Below are positions 50,256 to 63,627 of a DNA stretch of 64,000 nucleotides, one piece after another. The notes below the pieces were generated by a model that made no database searches, was not told the DNA's origin, and saw nothing but the letters and a program-made list of their open reading frames with translations. Numbering within the stretch: position 1 is the first letter of the stretch; each line of letters begins with the position of its first letter. The DNA is from Octopus sinensis (Eukaryota). Made by a program: the position numbers and the translations under genes. Location: assembly GCF_006345805.1 (NCBI RefSeq), contig NW_021835965.1, positions 1 to 64,000 on the forward strand, written 5' to 3'.

Positions 50256-50869
50256 TTATACATATCAACTCGTGTGTTCCTTTTCAACCCTCTACATATA
50301 AATATATATATATATATACGTATGTATATGTTAATATATGTATAGATATGTGTGTGTACTTACATATCTACAAATTTATTTTACACGCATGCATATGTAC
50401 AAGTATTTATATTATACTAACTAGTAGAATCGTGAGAGCATCGGACATTCGGTATTTGTCTTGTGTCTCTGTGCTTTGGATTCAAATCCTGCCAGGAAAT
50501 ACGTTGTCTTTCATTTCTCTAGGATTGCTAAATACATGCCAATATTCAGATCAAATAATAATGAATCAAATGTACGAAATATAAACCCTAGAAACTAAAT
50601 GTTAGACTAGTACTAGCTTTTCATTTGTAGCTGGTCCGTTTTCTGAAGCATACAGATTCATGAACTATTTTTGATGTACTTTTGAAACTTATTCTGAAAC
50701 TTATACCGATTTTCTTAACAGATGACTCAGACTTGTTAAACCGTTTCCAGAAAAAAGAAGCAACTAAAGAGATGCTCATTGCTTCAGTTTATGTAGTAAT
50801 ATAGAAATAAATGGTCATAGAATTCTAGATGGAAAATAATTTATCACAAAGTACCAGAAGAAATAGAGA

Positions 50870-51900
50870 AAACAATCCTCATTAAAGGAATAAATTTCGA
50901 CATACAAAACAATTATTTTGATTTCTAAGGTATTATTGATGGGAAAATATCTAGGTCCACTATGGTAACAATTTAGTCATGGTGTACTTATAAGTCTATA
51001 TACAAGGACAATCCAGATTAAGATCTGGTGACAACTTTCATAAATATGTATTGAGCAACTGGAAATGATATATAGTAGCTATATCTTGGGAATACATTGT
51101 CTCGATCAATCTGGTAAGTTGAAAAAATATTTAATTAATATATATAGTAGAAATAATAGTATTCAACTCACACCGGAGTATAATAAACACCGACTACCAC
51201 CTTGGAAAATTGCTATTATTAGAAGAAACACGGATATCGACACCGATATTTACTTCAAGCAACCAAACACAAAGCAATATTTGTTATTTACATCTCACCG
51301 TTATAAACACACAAGAAGAAATATGCAATTTTATTTGATAAGAAAAGTCTGCACAAATGCGTCCACTTTAAAAACTTTGGTTAAACGATTTCAAGAAGTA
51401 CAGAAACTATTGCTCTAAAGATAGCTTACAGCAACATTAATTGATAGCGGTATATAGCCTGCTAAAGCAATAGTTATTCAGCAATTGCAATGGACAAAAA
51501 GTACTTCAGATATTCTCAATGCATTGCCTTGTGTATTAAACATTCAACTCAAAATATTACAGTAGCATACAACATTCGGTCACCAGTATATTAGGAAATC
51601 CTTGAGAATGAAAATAACACTCGAAACACAAAAGTCGTAGAAACTAATGGACGACCAACTTTTTTTTTAAATATTACTAACCAACGCCTAATTATCAACT
51701 GAAAAATACAATATCATAAGTTAAAACTTGTGGTCGTGCTATCTGCGGTAGTTATATTCATTATATTTTCAACACAACTTACAAAGTTAGACAATCATCG
51801 TCGCTTATGCATCTCAGAACTTAACTTTTGCCATTCAATGTCATGGATTTATTAAAGAATACTCCGGACACACAGGTGTAGGGATATATATGGCTTACCT
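50870..51900 (+). pseudogene. Second decayed PLE ORF (RT to GIY-YIG), different lineage
   Basis: NNSIQLTPEYNKHRLPPWKIAI..TDIYFKQPNTKQYLLFTSHRYKHTRRNMQFYLIRKVCT (PLE RT C-terminus); KTCGRAIC; FAIQCHGFIKEYSGHT (decayed GIY-YIG). Confidence 0.75.
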
Positions 51901-52261
51901 GGTGCCGTTTGTAGCATGATTAACTAAGCTACGTCTGATTAGTTTAGACTTGCAATCAGTCTTAACACAAACTGCAAGTCACAAATTATTACATATGGCT
52001 GAAAAGTAGTCATACATATATACATACATAATTACATACATAGATACGCAGACAGGCAAGCAGGCATGGATGCATGAATGCATGCATACATACATACATT
52101 TATACACACATACATACATACATACATACATACATACATAATACATACATACATACATACATACATACATACATACATACATACATGCATGCATGCATGC
52201 ATACATACATACATACATACATACATACATACATACATACATACATACATACATACATACA

Positions 52262-52518
52262 CCACAGGTACTGTAAGAATCTGGAAAACGTTCCAGAAAT
52301 TTATCATTTAAGTATATATACGCGTATCTAGATATTCAACAATATGCATGAGAATACACAGATAAAACAAAATAAATCTGAACATGCACTGGCTCCAAAT
52401 ACTGTACATATACACATGTGCATGCAATAATACCCTGTTGATGTTGAAAATCCAATGAAACAGACTTGGGTCTAGGTTAGAAACGGACTCTTTTTCTATT
52501 GGCAAGATTGGATACTGA
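52262..52518 (+). mobile_element. Short 3' end of an R4/Dong-like LINE within (CATA)n
   Basis: Homologous to 53130-53385 (actgtaa.aatct, atttatcatttaa, tctaggttagaaac, tctattggcaa); flanked on both sides by (CATA)n. Confidence 0.75.
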
Positions 52519-52624
52519 CATACATACATACATACATACATACATACATACATACATACATACATGCATGCATGCATGCATGCATGCATACATACATACA
52601 TACATACATACATACATACATACA

Positions 52625-52657
<33 letters not shown>

Positions 52658-52659
52658 GT

Positions 52660-53385
52660 CATCTACTGATGAGACATGGCGTTGCAGCTAGGAAACTATG
52701 ATGAAATCCGTCGCAAAGATATTCCCGAGGACAAAGAAATAAGAACCCACAATATGGTAAAAGCCATAGCTACTCATAATAAAAAGTAATACTGGTGGAA
52801 TGTACAAGTGAAGACCTCAATGGAATGTAAGCACAACAGAACAGATATAGTGATTTGGGATAGAGAAGAGAAACTGTACACAGTTGTGTAAATTGGCTAC
52901 CCAGCGGATGTTAACATAAAGCAGAATATCAGTGAAAAAGAGACTACCTATACTGAACTATTGAGAAATCTGCAGTTACTCTATCCAGATTACAAGTTCA
53001 GGTCCATACCTGTAATTATTGGGGGCCTGTGAAATGTAACACACTGCCTAGATATCAATCTTGAGAAATTAGGCTTCTAAAAACCAGAAAGGAGAATGGT
53101 AATTTGAAGACTACAAATACATTCCATCACTGGAACTGTAAAAATCTCGAACATTTCAAGGATTTTATCATTTAAATATATATGAGATATGCAACTATAT
53201 GCATGAGAATACTTACATAAAACATACAAATCTGCACATACATACAGAGAGAGAGACAGAAATACAGACAGACAAGTGTACCCTCCTTGAAATTCCAATG
53301 AATGAGCCTTGGATCTAGGTTAGAAACCGATTCTTTCTCTATTGGCAAAATATCTTGAAATAAACTGAATAATGACATACATATA
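52660..53385 (+). pseudogene. 3' fragment of an RLE-type (R4/Dong-like) non-LTR retrotransposon
   Basis: YWWNVQVKTSMECKHNRTDIVIWDREEKLYTVV*IGYPADVNIKQNISEKETTYTELL...IPVIIG matches the HNRPD..D..P.D..EK..Y restriction-like endonuclease pattern; 3' UTR ends in cata repeats. Confidence 0.8.
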
Positions 53386-53779
53386 TACAGACAGACAGAC
53401 AGACATTCATACATATATACATGCAAGTATATGCTTGTGATTCACTCGATCTCTAATTGAAGGTTATCGCGACTCGTAATCTTTCAAGCGACAAGATGAG
53501 AAAGGATGCGATCTTGGTGTTGTCACATAGAGGACCCCAATTGACTTGAGTTTCTTCGGAGTCAGTTGTAGAAAGAATGATTACAGCTAGCCAGCAGGCG
53601 GAAATAGACACTATGGAAATGGAATTAGATTCAGTCGAAGGAAATATTACACGAGAAGCTGCTCCATCTGGATTTTCAATACTTACAATAAGAATTACGA
53701 TATCCTCTCCGGGTTTTGAATAACTACAATAAAAAATTAATTTTCGGACAACGACGAGAAACTTTTGGATTGTTTATTC

Positions 53780-54195
53780 AGGCGCAGGAGTGGCTGTGTG
53801 GTAAGTAGCTTGCTTACCAACCACATGGTCCCGGGTTCAGTCCCACTGCGTGGCACCTTGGGCAAGTGTCCTCTACTATAGCCTCGGGCCGACCAAAGCC
53901 TTGTGAGTGGATTTGGTAGACGGAAACTGAAAGAAGCCCGTCGTATATATGTATATGTATATATTTGTGCGTGTGTTTGTGTGTCTGTTTGTCCACCTCC
54001 AACATCGCTTGTCAACCGATGCTGGTGTGTTTATGTCCCCGTCACTTAGCGGTTCGGCAAAAGAGACCGATAGAATAAGTACTAGGCTTCCAAAGAATAA
54101 GTCTTGGGGTCGATTTCCTCGACTAGAGGCGGTGCTTCAGCATGGCCACAGTCAAATGACCGAAGCAAGTAATTGAGTAAAAGAGTAAATAGTAA
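53780..54195 (+). mobile_element. SINE family A, full length
   Basis: Head and tail as in 47058-47482. Confidence 0.9.
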
Positions 54196-54739
54196 AGAGT
54201 AATCTGTGTTTTTCTACCACATTATGGAATTTCTCATGTAGAAAAAAGATATATTGTCTTCCTCTGTTGATGTTCTATTATATAATACAGAAAAAAAAAA
54301 GGAAATAACATTTCGTTTCTGCTTTAAATGTACGAAGTATTTAAGTAGAGAGGTGGAATTCATTATACTTCCGGAATTAAATGAATGCATATGTTGGTTG
54401 TATCATGTTTTAAGGCTGCTTGTATCTGGTATTAAGGATGTCCTGCGTATGTCCGATCCGCGTTACTCCACAGAATAATACAGGTGGGTATACACCTGCT
54501 CTAAATATTACTACAAGTTTAGTCATTTATGCCATTGCTGACGAGTTGTATAGTGTGCTTCACGAAGACATTGTTCTGGGTTTGATACCAATGCGTCGAT
54601 CTTTGGATGCCTTCTGATATAACTCTCACTTACCAATCAATACTGGTAAGAGAAACTTCGTAGATGAAAACTATGTGGATATCTGTTATACACATACATT
54701 CATATATACATGCATACATATATGCATTCATATATATAT

Positions 54740-54807
<68 letters not shown>

Positions 54808-55605
54808 GAGAGGTGTAGGAACAACAAGGAGGTGTATTTGTTTAACGCTCGGGAAACATAGAAAGTCTTTTACGTTTTGAACCTACGCTGTTTGACAGAA
54901 AGGATTAAGAGGGAAAAAACGCAGAACGAGAACGGGTATATATATGTGTGTGTATATATGTATATGTATGTATGTATATATATAATATATCTATATATAT
55001 AGATATATATATATATATTATATATTATATATATATGGTATAAATGTATGTGCATGTATGTATGTATGTATGTATATTCTCAATCATGTTACGTTTTCCC
55101 ACCATCTTTCTTTTCTCATTGTTTTATTTTTCTTATGAAGTACAACCATACGAAAAGTAAAGACTTTCTCCCTTCTTTTTGAGCGTTTAGCTAATAAAAC
55201 ATTTGTTAAAACTTTCCTTCCTGGGTTATCGTGTTTTTGTGCTCTTCGCCTAATGTGTATGCATGAGTACGTGTGTGTGTACTTGTGTGCGTATACGCCT
55301 TTCCTCCTCATCTTCTTATCATTATCACCAATCTCATCATCATTGTACATCCATTCTCTTTTACCTTTTCATTTTTACCTCTTCGCTGCAAATATACTTA
55401 AAAACACTTCTTTTAGTACAGGCGGTGCTCCAGCATGGTCGCAGTCAAATGACTGAAACAATAAAAGAGAGATACATATACATACGCATGCACAGACTCA
55501 TTCAAAGACACAGTTTCTATTTCCCCCCTCTTTTATATGTAGACACACACACACGCACACAACACACACACACACACACACACACAACACCCATATTATA
55601 TTATC

Positions 55606-55637
<32 letters not shown>

Positions 55638-56906
55638 ATATGAATATATATATATATATAAATATATATAATATATAATATATATACATATATATATATA
55701 TATTAGATATAATATATATACATATATATATATATATATACATATATACATACATATACATATACATATATACATACATATACATATATACATATATATA
55801 GATATACGTATGCATGCATACATACATACACAAGCACATACGTATATGTATGTATATATAAATATTATACATACATATATATATGCATACACACAAACAT
55901 ACACACACACATATGCACACACCGTTTCTATACATGGCCTGAGGATTCTTACTATCACTACGTAAATGATGATAAATTCCCCGTTTGTATGCAATACACA
56001 GAATTTCGGGCACGTATACACTTGCAGAAATACGCAAGCACACACTATATTTTGCTGATATATATATATACATACATGCCTACACAAAACGCGCGTAGCG
56101 CACGTATACGTGCGCATATATACACGTGTATATGTATGTGTGTATTTCTTTATATGTATGTGTGTGCATGTGGATATATGCAGTCACAGTTATTCACCTC
56201 ACATATGCATGCCTCTGGTATTCTTGCTATCGCTATCGACACCCCCGCTAAATTTATCTTTACTTTCCCATTTCAACTTTTTGTGTCTTTAAATATCTCT
56301 TTCTTTCTTTCTTTCTTTCTTAATCTTCCGCCCACGCACGTTCTTCCCACATGTGACTGCGTCTTTTCCAAAAATAACCGCCCACACCTCCACTCCCACA
56401 ATACCTTCGTCATTCCGCCTTCAATCTTCCACTCTTTTATTCTTTAAAGCCAAAATTGTCCTTTTTAATTTCATTTCTTTCTTATTTCTTTTCATTTAGT
56501 ATCCCCTCCTTCTTCCATTCATTTATCTTTCATTTATTCCAAATCTTTCAGGTTTTTCTTTTCTCATTTCATTTAGAACATTCTCTTTCCTTCCTTCTTT
56601 CTCTCCAGCTATCCATTATTTTTTTATCATTCCATCATTCTATCATTCTATCATTCCTTCATTTTGCTATTCGTCAATACATTCTTATTTCTTTCTCCCG
56701 CTTGATTTCGTTCTTTCTTTCTCTCGGCATCTATTCGCTTTTGTCTCTCTTTCTTCCTTTCTATCTCCCTTTGTCCATCCATTCCCTCTTTCCTTTATTC
56801 GCTCATTTCTTCTTCTTTAATATCACATTCATTCCTTCTCTTACTACACACACACACAACACAAAAACAGGTATATACGTACATCATAGACAGACAGATA
56901 GCTAGC

Positions 56907-56958
<52 letters not shown>

Positions 56959-56959
56959 G

Positions 56960-57017
<58 letters not shown>

Positions 57018-57020
<3 letters not shown>

Positions 57021-57236
57021 TGTTTCTATATTAGCCACGCAGGGCTGCACATAGACGGGACAAATTACAAAGTATAGCTTTTCTTTGGGGGGAAGAAAAA
57101 GTGGGGTAGGTTTTCGATCAAAAGGGATCGTAAAAAGGAAAGATAGGCAGGCCAACAGACAAACAGATAGACTGACAGACAGATAGATATATTGACAGAC
57201 AGACAGACAGACAGACAGACCGACAGACAGACAGAT

Positions 57237-57273
<37 letters not shown>

Positions 57274-57274
57274 C

Positions 57275-57329
<55 letters not shown>

Positions 57330-57330
57330 T

Positions 57331-57368
<38 letters not shown>

Positions 57369-57545
57369 ATAGATAGATAGATAGATATGTTTCTTTATTA
57401 GCCACACAGGGCTGCACACAGATAGAACAAATTACAAGGTAGAGCTTTTCTTTTGAAGGTATTAAAAAAAAAAAAAAAAAAAAAAAAAAGGAAAGGGGAG
57501 GTTCGATCAAAAGGGATCGTAAAAGGAGAGAAAGAGGACAAAAAT
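57018..57545 (-). mobile_element. Two short retroposon 3' ends (57018-57150 and 57384-57545), probably LINE-derived, within (GATA)n
   Basis: Minus strand: ttacgatcccttttgatc...gtgcagccctg(c/t)gtggctaat..agaaacatatc(tatc)n, present twice; clade not determined. Confidence 0.65.
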
Positions 57546-58499
57546 AAGGGGGGTTAAAAAAAAAAAAAAAAAAAAAAAGATAGATAGATAGATAGATAGA
57601 TATAGCTTCTCCCTACGCCTCTTGAAGCTTGGAAACCATTTCTTTGAGTTTACTTATTCCTTTCGCACTATAATTCTTCTGCTTTCATCTCCAGCTCGTC
57701 GCCTTCCTCTGGCCTTCATTTCTTTTCATCGTCACCCACCGCAAGATGATTGCTAGATATTGCAGGGCGGATAGTTTTCTTCGTCTTAGTCGTTAGGTCC
57801 CAGAATCGAAAGCAACACAAGATTTCTTGGCTATCATATGTGGTTTTCAGGAAATATCAGTTCCATGTGTCCTAACGTTTCTATTTCTGGCACCGCTGCT
57901 GTTCGCTGGTCTCTCTTATCTTCTGTTTTTCTCGATCCTTAAGGCCGAAAGCCTTAGAGTGAGTGAATCTTACATCCGGGTGTATAACAGGTAGGTTTTA
58001 ATGTTCTGCTCTGTTCAGCGGTATCACTTCTCTTTTTCAACTCAAGCCGAGATAAAGTACCGGAGTAGCTCTACAGTTTATACGAGTTATCAAGACCTTC
58101 ATGACCACGAATACTTCATCCAACACACATCTCGTTTTTGGTCATCCTTCACATGTGCAAATTTTGCATACTTCAACGCAAAAGTTACGATGAATCAGGA
58201 GTCAATGTCGTCGCCTATGACTCCCGCTTTGGTTCTTCTGTTCTGCCGACACCTATTTAGCAACATGAGTCTCAAGGAAGTGTGTGCCGCACTAACTCAA
58301 CATGTGACTGCACTACCATCTCCTCGGCCTTGAAGAACCAGTTATATAACCCCATATATACAATCCTTAAATATCAAGTTTCTTTGTTTTTTCTTGTTTG
58401 TTTTTTGTTCCAACGGTTGAAAATATTTCTATTCAAATATGGAAGAACAAGATGTATTAAAAAATAAACAGTGTCTCAAAAGAAGTTCATGTATAATGT

Positions 58500-58662
58500 C
58501 AATTGACGCTGCAAGGAATATGAGTCGAAGCTAAAAATTAATGTCAATTTATGCTGTAAAAATAATGTCAATAGATGCTGTAAAATATGTCAAACAACGC
58601 TGTAAAAATGATGTCATTCGACGCTGTAAAAATGATGTCATTCGACGCTGTAAAAAAATAAT
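58500..58662. repeat. ~24-bp minisatellite (gacgctgtaaaaatgatgtcattc), resuming at 59439-59470
   Basis: About six degenerate units; interrupted by the SINE tetramer. Confidence 0.8.
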
Positions 58663-59438
58663 ATATTTCTTTATTGCCCACATGGGGTTAAACATAGAGG
58701 GGACAAATAAGGACAGACAAATGGATTAAGTCGATAACATTGACCCCAGTGCGTAACTGGTACTTATTCAATCGACCCCGAAAGGATGAAAGGCAAAATC
58801 GACCTCGGCGAAATTTGAACTCAGAACGTAGCGGCAAACGAAATATCTATTTATTTACTATCCACAAGGGGCTAAACACAGAGAGGACAAACAAGGACAG
58901 ACGAACGGATTAAGTCGATTATATCGACTCTAGTGCGTAACTGGTACTTATTTAATCGACCCCGAAAGGATGAAAGGCAAAGTCGACCTCGGCGAAATTT
59001 GAACTCAGAACGTAGCGGCAAACGAAATATCTATTTATTTACTATCCACAAGGGGCTAAACACAGAGAGGACAAACAAGGACAGACGAACGGATTAAGTC
59101 GATTATATCGACTCTAGTGCGTAACTGGTACTTATTTAATCGACCCCGAAAGGATAAAGGCAAGTCGCGACCTCGGCGAAATTTGAACTCAGAACGTAGC
59201 GGCAACGAAATTCTATTTATTTTACTATCCACAAGGGGCTAAACACAAAGAGGACAAACAAGGACAGACGAAACGACGGATTAAGTCGATTATATCGACT
59301 CTAGTGCGTAACTGGTACTTATTTAATCGACCCCGAAAGGATGAAAGGCAAAGTCGACTTCGGCGGAATTTGAACTCAGAACGTAGCGGCAGACGAAGTA
59401 CCGCTAAGCACTTCACCCGGCGTGCTAACGATTCTACC
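58663..59438 (-). mobile_element. SINE family C tetramer (one head plus four ~183-bp bodies) with a 10-bp TSD
   Basis: TSD aaaaaataat at 58653-58662 and 59439-59448; repeated junction cgaaat(a)tctattt. Confidence 0.9.
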
Positions 59439-59668
59439 AAAAAATAATGTTGATCGACGCTGTAAAAAAATTAGGCCATCCCTTTACTTGTTCAATTTGT
59501 GCATACTTTAACGTGAAAATAACGATGAATCATATGCCAACATCATTGCTAATGACGTTCGCTCTGGTTCTTGCGTTCTGCCGGCACCTAGATTGCAACA
59601 TGAGCCTCATGGAAGTACTTGTATAATTAATAGATATCTATTAATTAAGTCTATTATATAAATCTAAT

Positions 59669-60058
59669 AGGCGCAGGTGGTAAGTAGCTTGCTAACCAAC
59701 CACATGGTTCCGGGTTCAGTCACACTGCGTGACATCTTGGGCAAGTGTCTTCTGCTATAGCCCCGGGCCGACCAATGCCTCGTGAGTGGATTTGGTAGAC
59801 GGAAACTGAAAGAAGCCCGTCGTATATATGTATATATGTGTGCGTGTGTGCGTTTGTGTGTCTGTGTTTGTCCCCCCTAGCATTGCTTGACAACCGATGC
59901 TGGTGTGTTTACGTCCCCGTCACTTAGCGGTTCGGCAAAAGGGACTGATAGAATAGGTACTGGGCTTACAAAGAATAAGTCCCGGGGTCGATTTGCTCGA
60001 CTAAAGGTGGTGCTCCAGCATGGCCGCAGTCAAATGACTGAAACAAGTAAAAAGAGTA
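59669..60058 (+). mobile_element. SINE family A
   Basis: aggcgcagg..taagtagcttgctaacc...gactgaaacaagtaaaaagag. Confidence 0.9.
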
Positions 60059-60648
60059 ATATCTATTATGAATTGTCGTACTGGCAAACATTCGAATAGA
60101 ACTAGTAACCAAAAACGCGCACCATATTGATATCAGACTAAATAAGGCCCCACTGCGTAAATGAGAAATAATACAAATAAATACCAAATCATGGTTAGAT
60201 GGGAGAGTGAATAAGTTAAATTTGCCGCATAAAAAGTGCGGGAAAATGAAGCATGCAAATGTAGCAGTAGAAAAGACAAGTAATCCATCTCCTCGGTAAA
60301 AATAATGATATTCTGACTAATAAGACGGATTTTATTTCTGACGTCTCATACATCATAAGAAAAGGCATGAACAACCCGAGGGGAATACGTTTTCATTTTA
60401 CGTGCATGTTTTACAGTTACACTCTATTTTCACCATCAAAATGGAACTACGGCAATAACGCTATAAATCTGGAGAATTTTCAACTGAAATAAATAGGCAT
60501 GGCTATCTGGTTAAGAAGCTCTACATTACAATTGTGTGGTTTCGGGTTCAGTCCCACTGCGCGGCACTTCGAGGCAGCCAATGTATTCTGAATTAACTTA
60601 ATAGACGGAAACTGTGTAAAGATCCGTCGTATATATTTATATACAAAA

Positions 60649-61248
60649 GGCGGCGAGCTGGCAGAAACGTTAGCACGCCGGGCGAAATGCTTAGCAGTAT
60701 TTCGTCTGCCGCTAAGTTCTGAGTTCAAATTCCGCCAAGGTCGACTTTGCCTTTCATCCTTTCGGGGTCGATAAATTAAGTACCAGTTACGAACTGGGGT
60801 CGATGTAATCGACTTAATCCGTTTGTCTGTCCTTGTTTGTCCCCTCTGTGTATACCTCCTTGTGGGTAGTAAAGAAATAGGTATTTCGTCTGCAGTTACG
60901 TTCTGAGTTCAAATTCCGCCGAGGTCGACTTTGCCTTTCATCCTTTCGGGGTCGATAAATTAAGTACCAGTTACGCACTGGGGTCGATGTAATCGACTTA
61001 ATCCGTTTGTCTGTCCTTGTTTGTCCCCTCTGTGTATACCCCCTTGTGGGTAATAAAGAAATAGGTATTTCGTCTGTCGTTACGTTCTGAGTTCAAATTC
61101 CGCCGAGGTCGACTTTGCCTTTCATCCTTTCGGGGTCGATAAATTAAGTATCAGTTGCGCACTGGGGTCGATGTAATCGACTTACTCCCTTTGTCTGCCC
61201 TTGTTTGTCCCCTCTATGTTTAGCCCCTTGTGGGCAATAAAGAAATAT
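60649..61248 (+). mobile_element. SINE family C trimer nested in the (TA)n of a family A SINE (head 60493-60630, tail ~61530-61740)
   Basis: Head ggcggcgagctggcagaaacgttagcacgcc; junction aaagaaata|ggtatttcg at ~60880 and ~61063. Confidence 0.9.
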
Positions 61249-61277
61249 ATATATATTTATATACATGTGTCTACGTG

Positions 61278-61323
<46 letters not shown>

Positions 61324-61854
61324 TGTGTGGAAGTGAGAGAAGGCGTGTGTATATGTGTGTGTCTTTTCCCAGTGGTGTAGCTAGTGTGTACCCCACACGA
61401 AGCAGCACTTGAGTTTGTCGCCCTTCGTAACCCCTCCTTCACTCACTATACTGTAGATGTAAAAGCGCCACGTCCATATAGTGCCGTCCAGGATGGACCA
61501 TTCCCCTCCCGTTACCCCACCTCTCTCTGGCTATTGGTCTTTGTCACTGCATTTGTGCCCCACCACCGCTTGATACCCAGTGTTGTTTTGTTTACGTTCC
61601 CGTTACTTAGCGGTTTGGTAATAGAAAACAATTGAATAAATACCAGACTTTACAAAATAATTAGTTTGATTATAATCCTACAATGCAGTGCTCCAGCACA
61701 GCCGCAGTCAAATGCCTGGAACAAGTAAAAAATAAAAAATGATAGAATTAATGTTGGCTGCAATATTCTTTGAATATCATTTTCCACAGCTAAGTGTTTA
61801 AATTGCTTAAATGCTAAAGCAAGCACACAGACAACATGCAACACTCAACAAAAA

Positions 61855-62240
61855 CTGGAGTGGCTGTGTGGTAAGTAGCTTGTTTACGAACCACATGGTT
61901 CTGGGTTCAGTCCCACAGCGTGGCACCTTGGGTAAGTGTCTTCTATTATAGCCTCGAGCCGACCAAAGCCTTGTGAGTGGATTTGGTAGGCGGAAACTGA
62001 AAGACGCCCGTCGTATATATGTATATATGTGTGTGTCTGTGTTTGTCCCCTCAACATCACTTGACAACCGATGCTGGTGTGCTTACGTCCCCGTATCTTA
62101 GCGGTTCGGCAAAAGACCCTGATAGATTAAGTACTAGGCTTACAAAGAATAAGTCCTGGGGTCGATTTGCTCGATTAAAGGCGGTGCTCTAGCATGGCCA
62201 CAGTCACATGACTAAAACAAGTAAAAGAGTAAAAGAGAGT
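61855..62240 (+). mobile_element. SINE family A
   Basis: ggagtggctgtgtggtaagtagc...catgactaaaacaagtaaaagag. Confidence 0.9.
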
Positions 62241-62802
62241 AAAGCGTATCTAATCGGTGACGTATAAATTCTTACAGTTAAAATTCAAATGCCGGCATTA
62301 ACGTCTACACAAAACATATTGGTCTCGCTGGCTATAAGCAAGCAGTGACACATGCTAACGTCAGTTCCTCTTGAGGAAAGATATGGTGACCGTCACTTCA
62401 TCTTGAGGAAAGATGTGGCTATGAAGTTCTGGAAATGTTGATGATGGATTTGCGTTCTTTACTGTACCAAGTAATTTCTAGAACCAACTTATAACGAAAA
62501 TGTGGAAAACAATAAAATAAAGCAAATATACGATTGCGTTTTCAATAGAACAAATATACAAGAAAAATTACAGATGCGTGTGTGTGTATGTGTGTGTGTG
62601 TGTGGTGTGTGTGTGTGTGTGTGTACTTCAGTGGACATCTGTGTTTATATGTGTGCGACTGTATAATGTACTAATATATATGTGTATAAATATATATTAT
62701 ATTATATATATATATATATAATTATATATATATATATATACATATATATACATATATATATATATGTATGTATGTTATGTATATACATATATACATACTA
62801 TC

Positions 62803-62834
<32 letters not shown>

Positions 62835-62933
62835 GTATGTATGTATATGTATATACATATATACATACATATACATATATATATATACATACATATATAT
62901 ATATATATATGCATATACATATATATATATATT

Positions 62934-63147
62934 GAGCATGTAATATACACACGCACACGTACACACACATGCACACACACATATATATAAGTATGTATGT
63001 ATATATGTATATATGCATGAATATATATCTATGTATATATATGTATGTATGTATGTGTATATATATATATATATATATATACATACATACATATATATAG
63101 ATATATATTCATGCATATATACATATATACATACATACTTATATATA

Positions 63148-63183
<36 letters not shown>

Positions 63184-63235
63184 CGTGCGTGCGTGCGTGT
63201 GTGTGTGTTCGGGTGCGTGTGTATGTTACATGCAC
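62934..63235. repeat. Fold-back of degenerate microsatellite centred on (TA)n (~63070)
   Basis: gcatgtaatatacacacgcac...ataagtatgtatg...gcatgaatatatatcta mirrored by tagatatatattcatgc...catacatacttat...gtatgttacatgc. Confidence 0.8.
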
Positions 63236-63515
63236 AATACTTTATCTGGTGATTACCTATTACTTTTAGCTAATGGGAAACTCTAGAAATGAATCAATGA
63301 ATATTTAAATCTCAGTTTAATAATTAAATCTTAGCTACACACTAAACACTGATATTGATTATTTCATTAGTGTCACGTCCTGACTTAACAGCCTACGACA
63401 AACTGACACAAACACATAAACTCACAGACGCAGACCCATGTATGTACGTGTGTGTAGATGTACATACATATATACATACATACACAGATACCTGCATAAA
63501 TACAATACATATATA

Positions 63516-63556
<41 letters not shown>

Positions 63557-63596
63557 CATATATATAATGCATTTATATATAATATATAATATATAT

Positions 63597-63627
<31 letters not shown>

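Noticed and set aside
52664-52700. ctgatga...gaaac motif
   Set aside because: No helix II or III pairing; lies in LINE coding sequence.
56456-56905. 149-aa hydrophobic ORF
   Set aside because: It derives from a pyrimidine-rich low-complexity tract.
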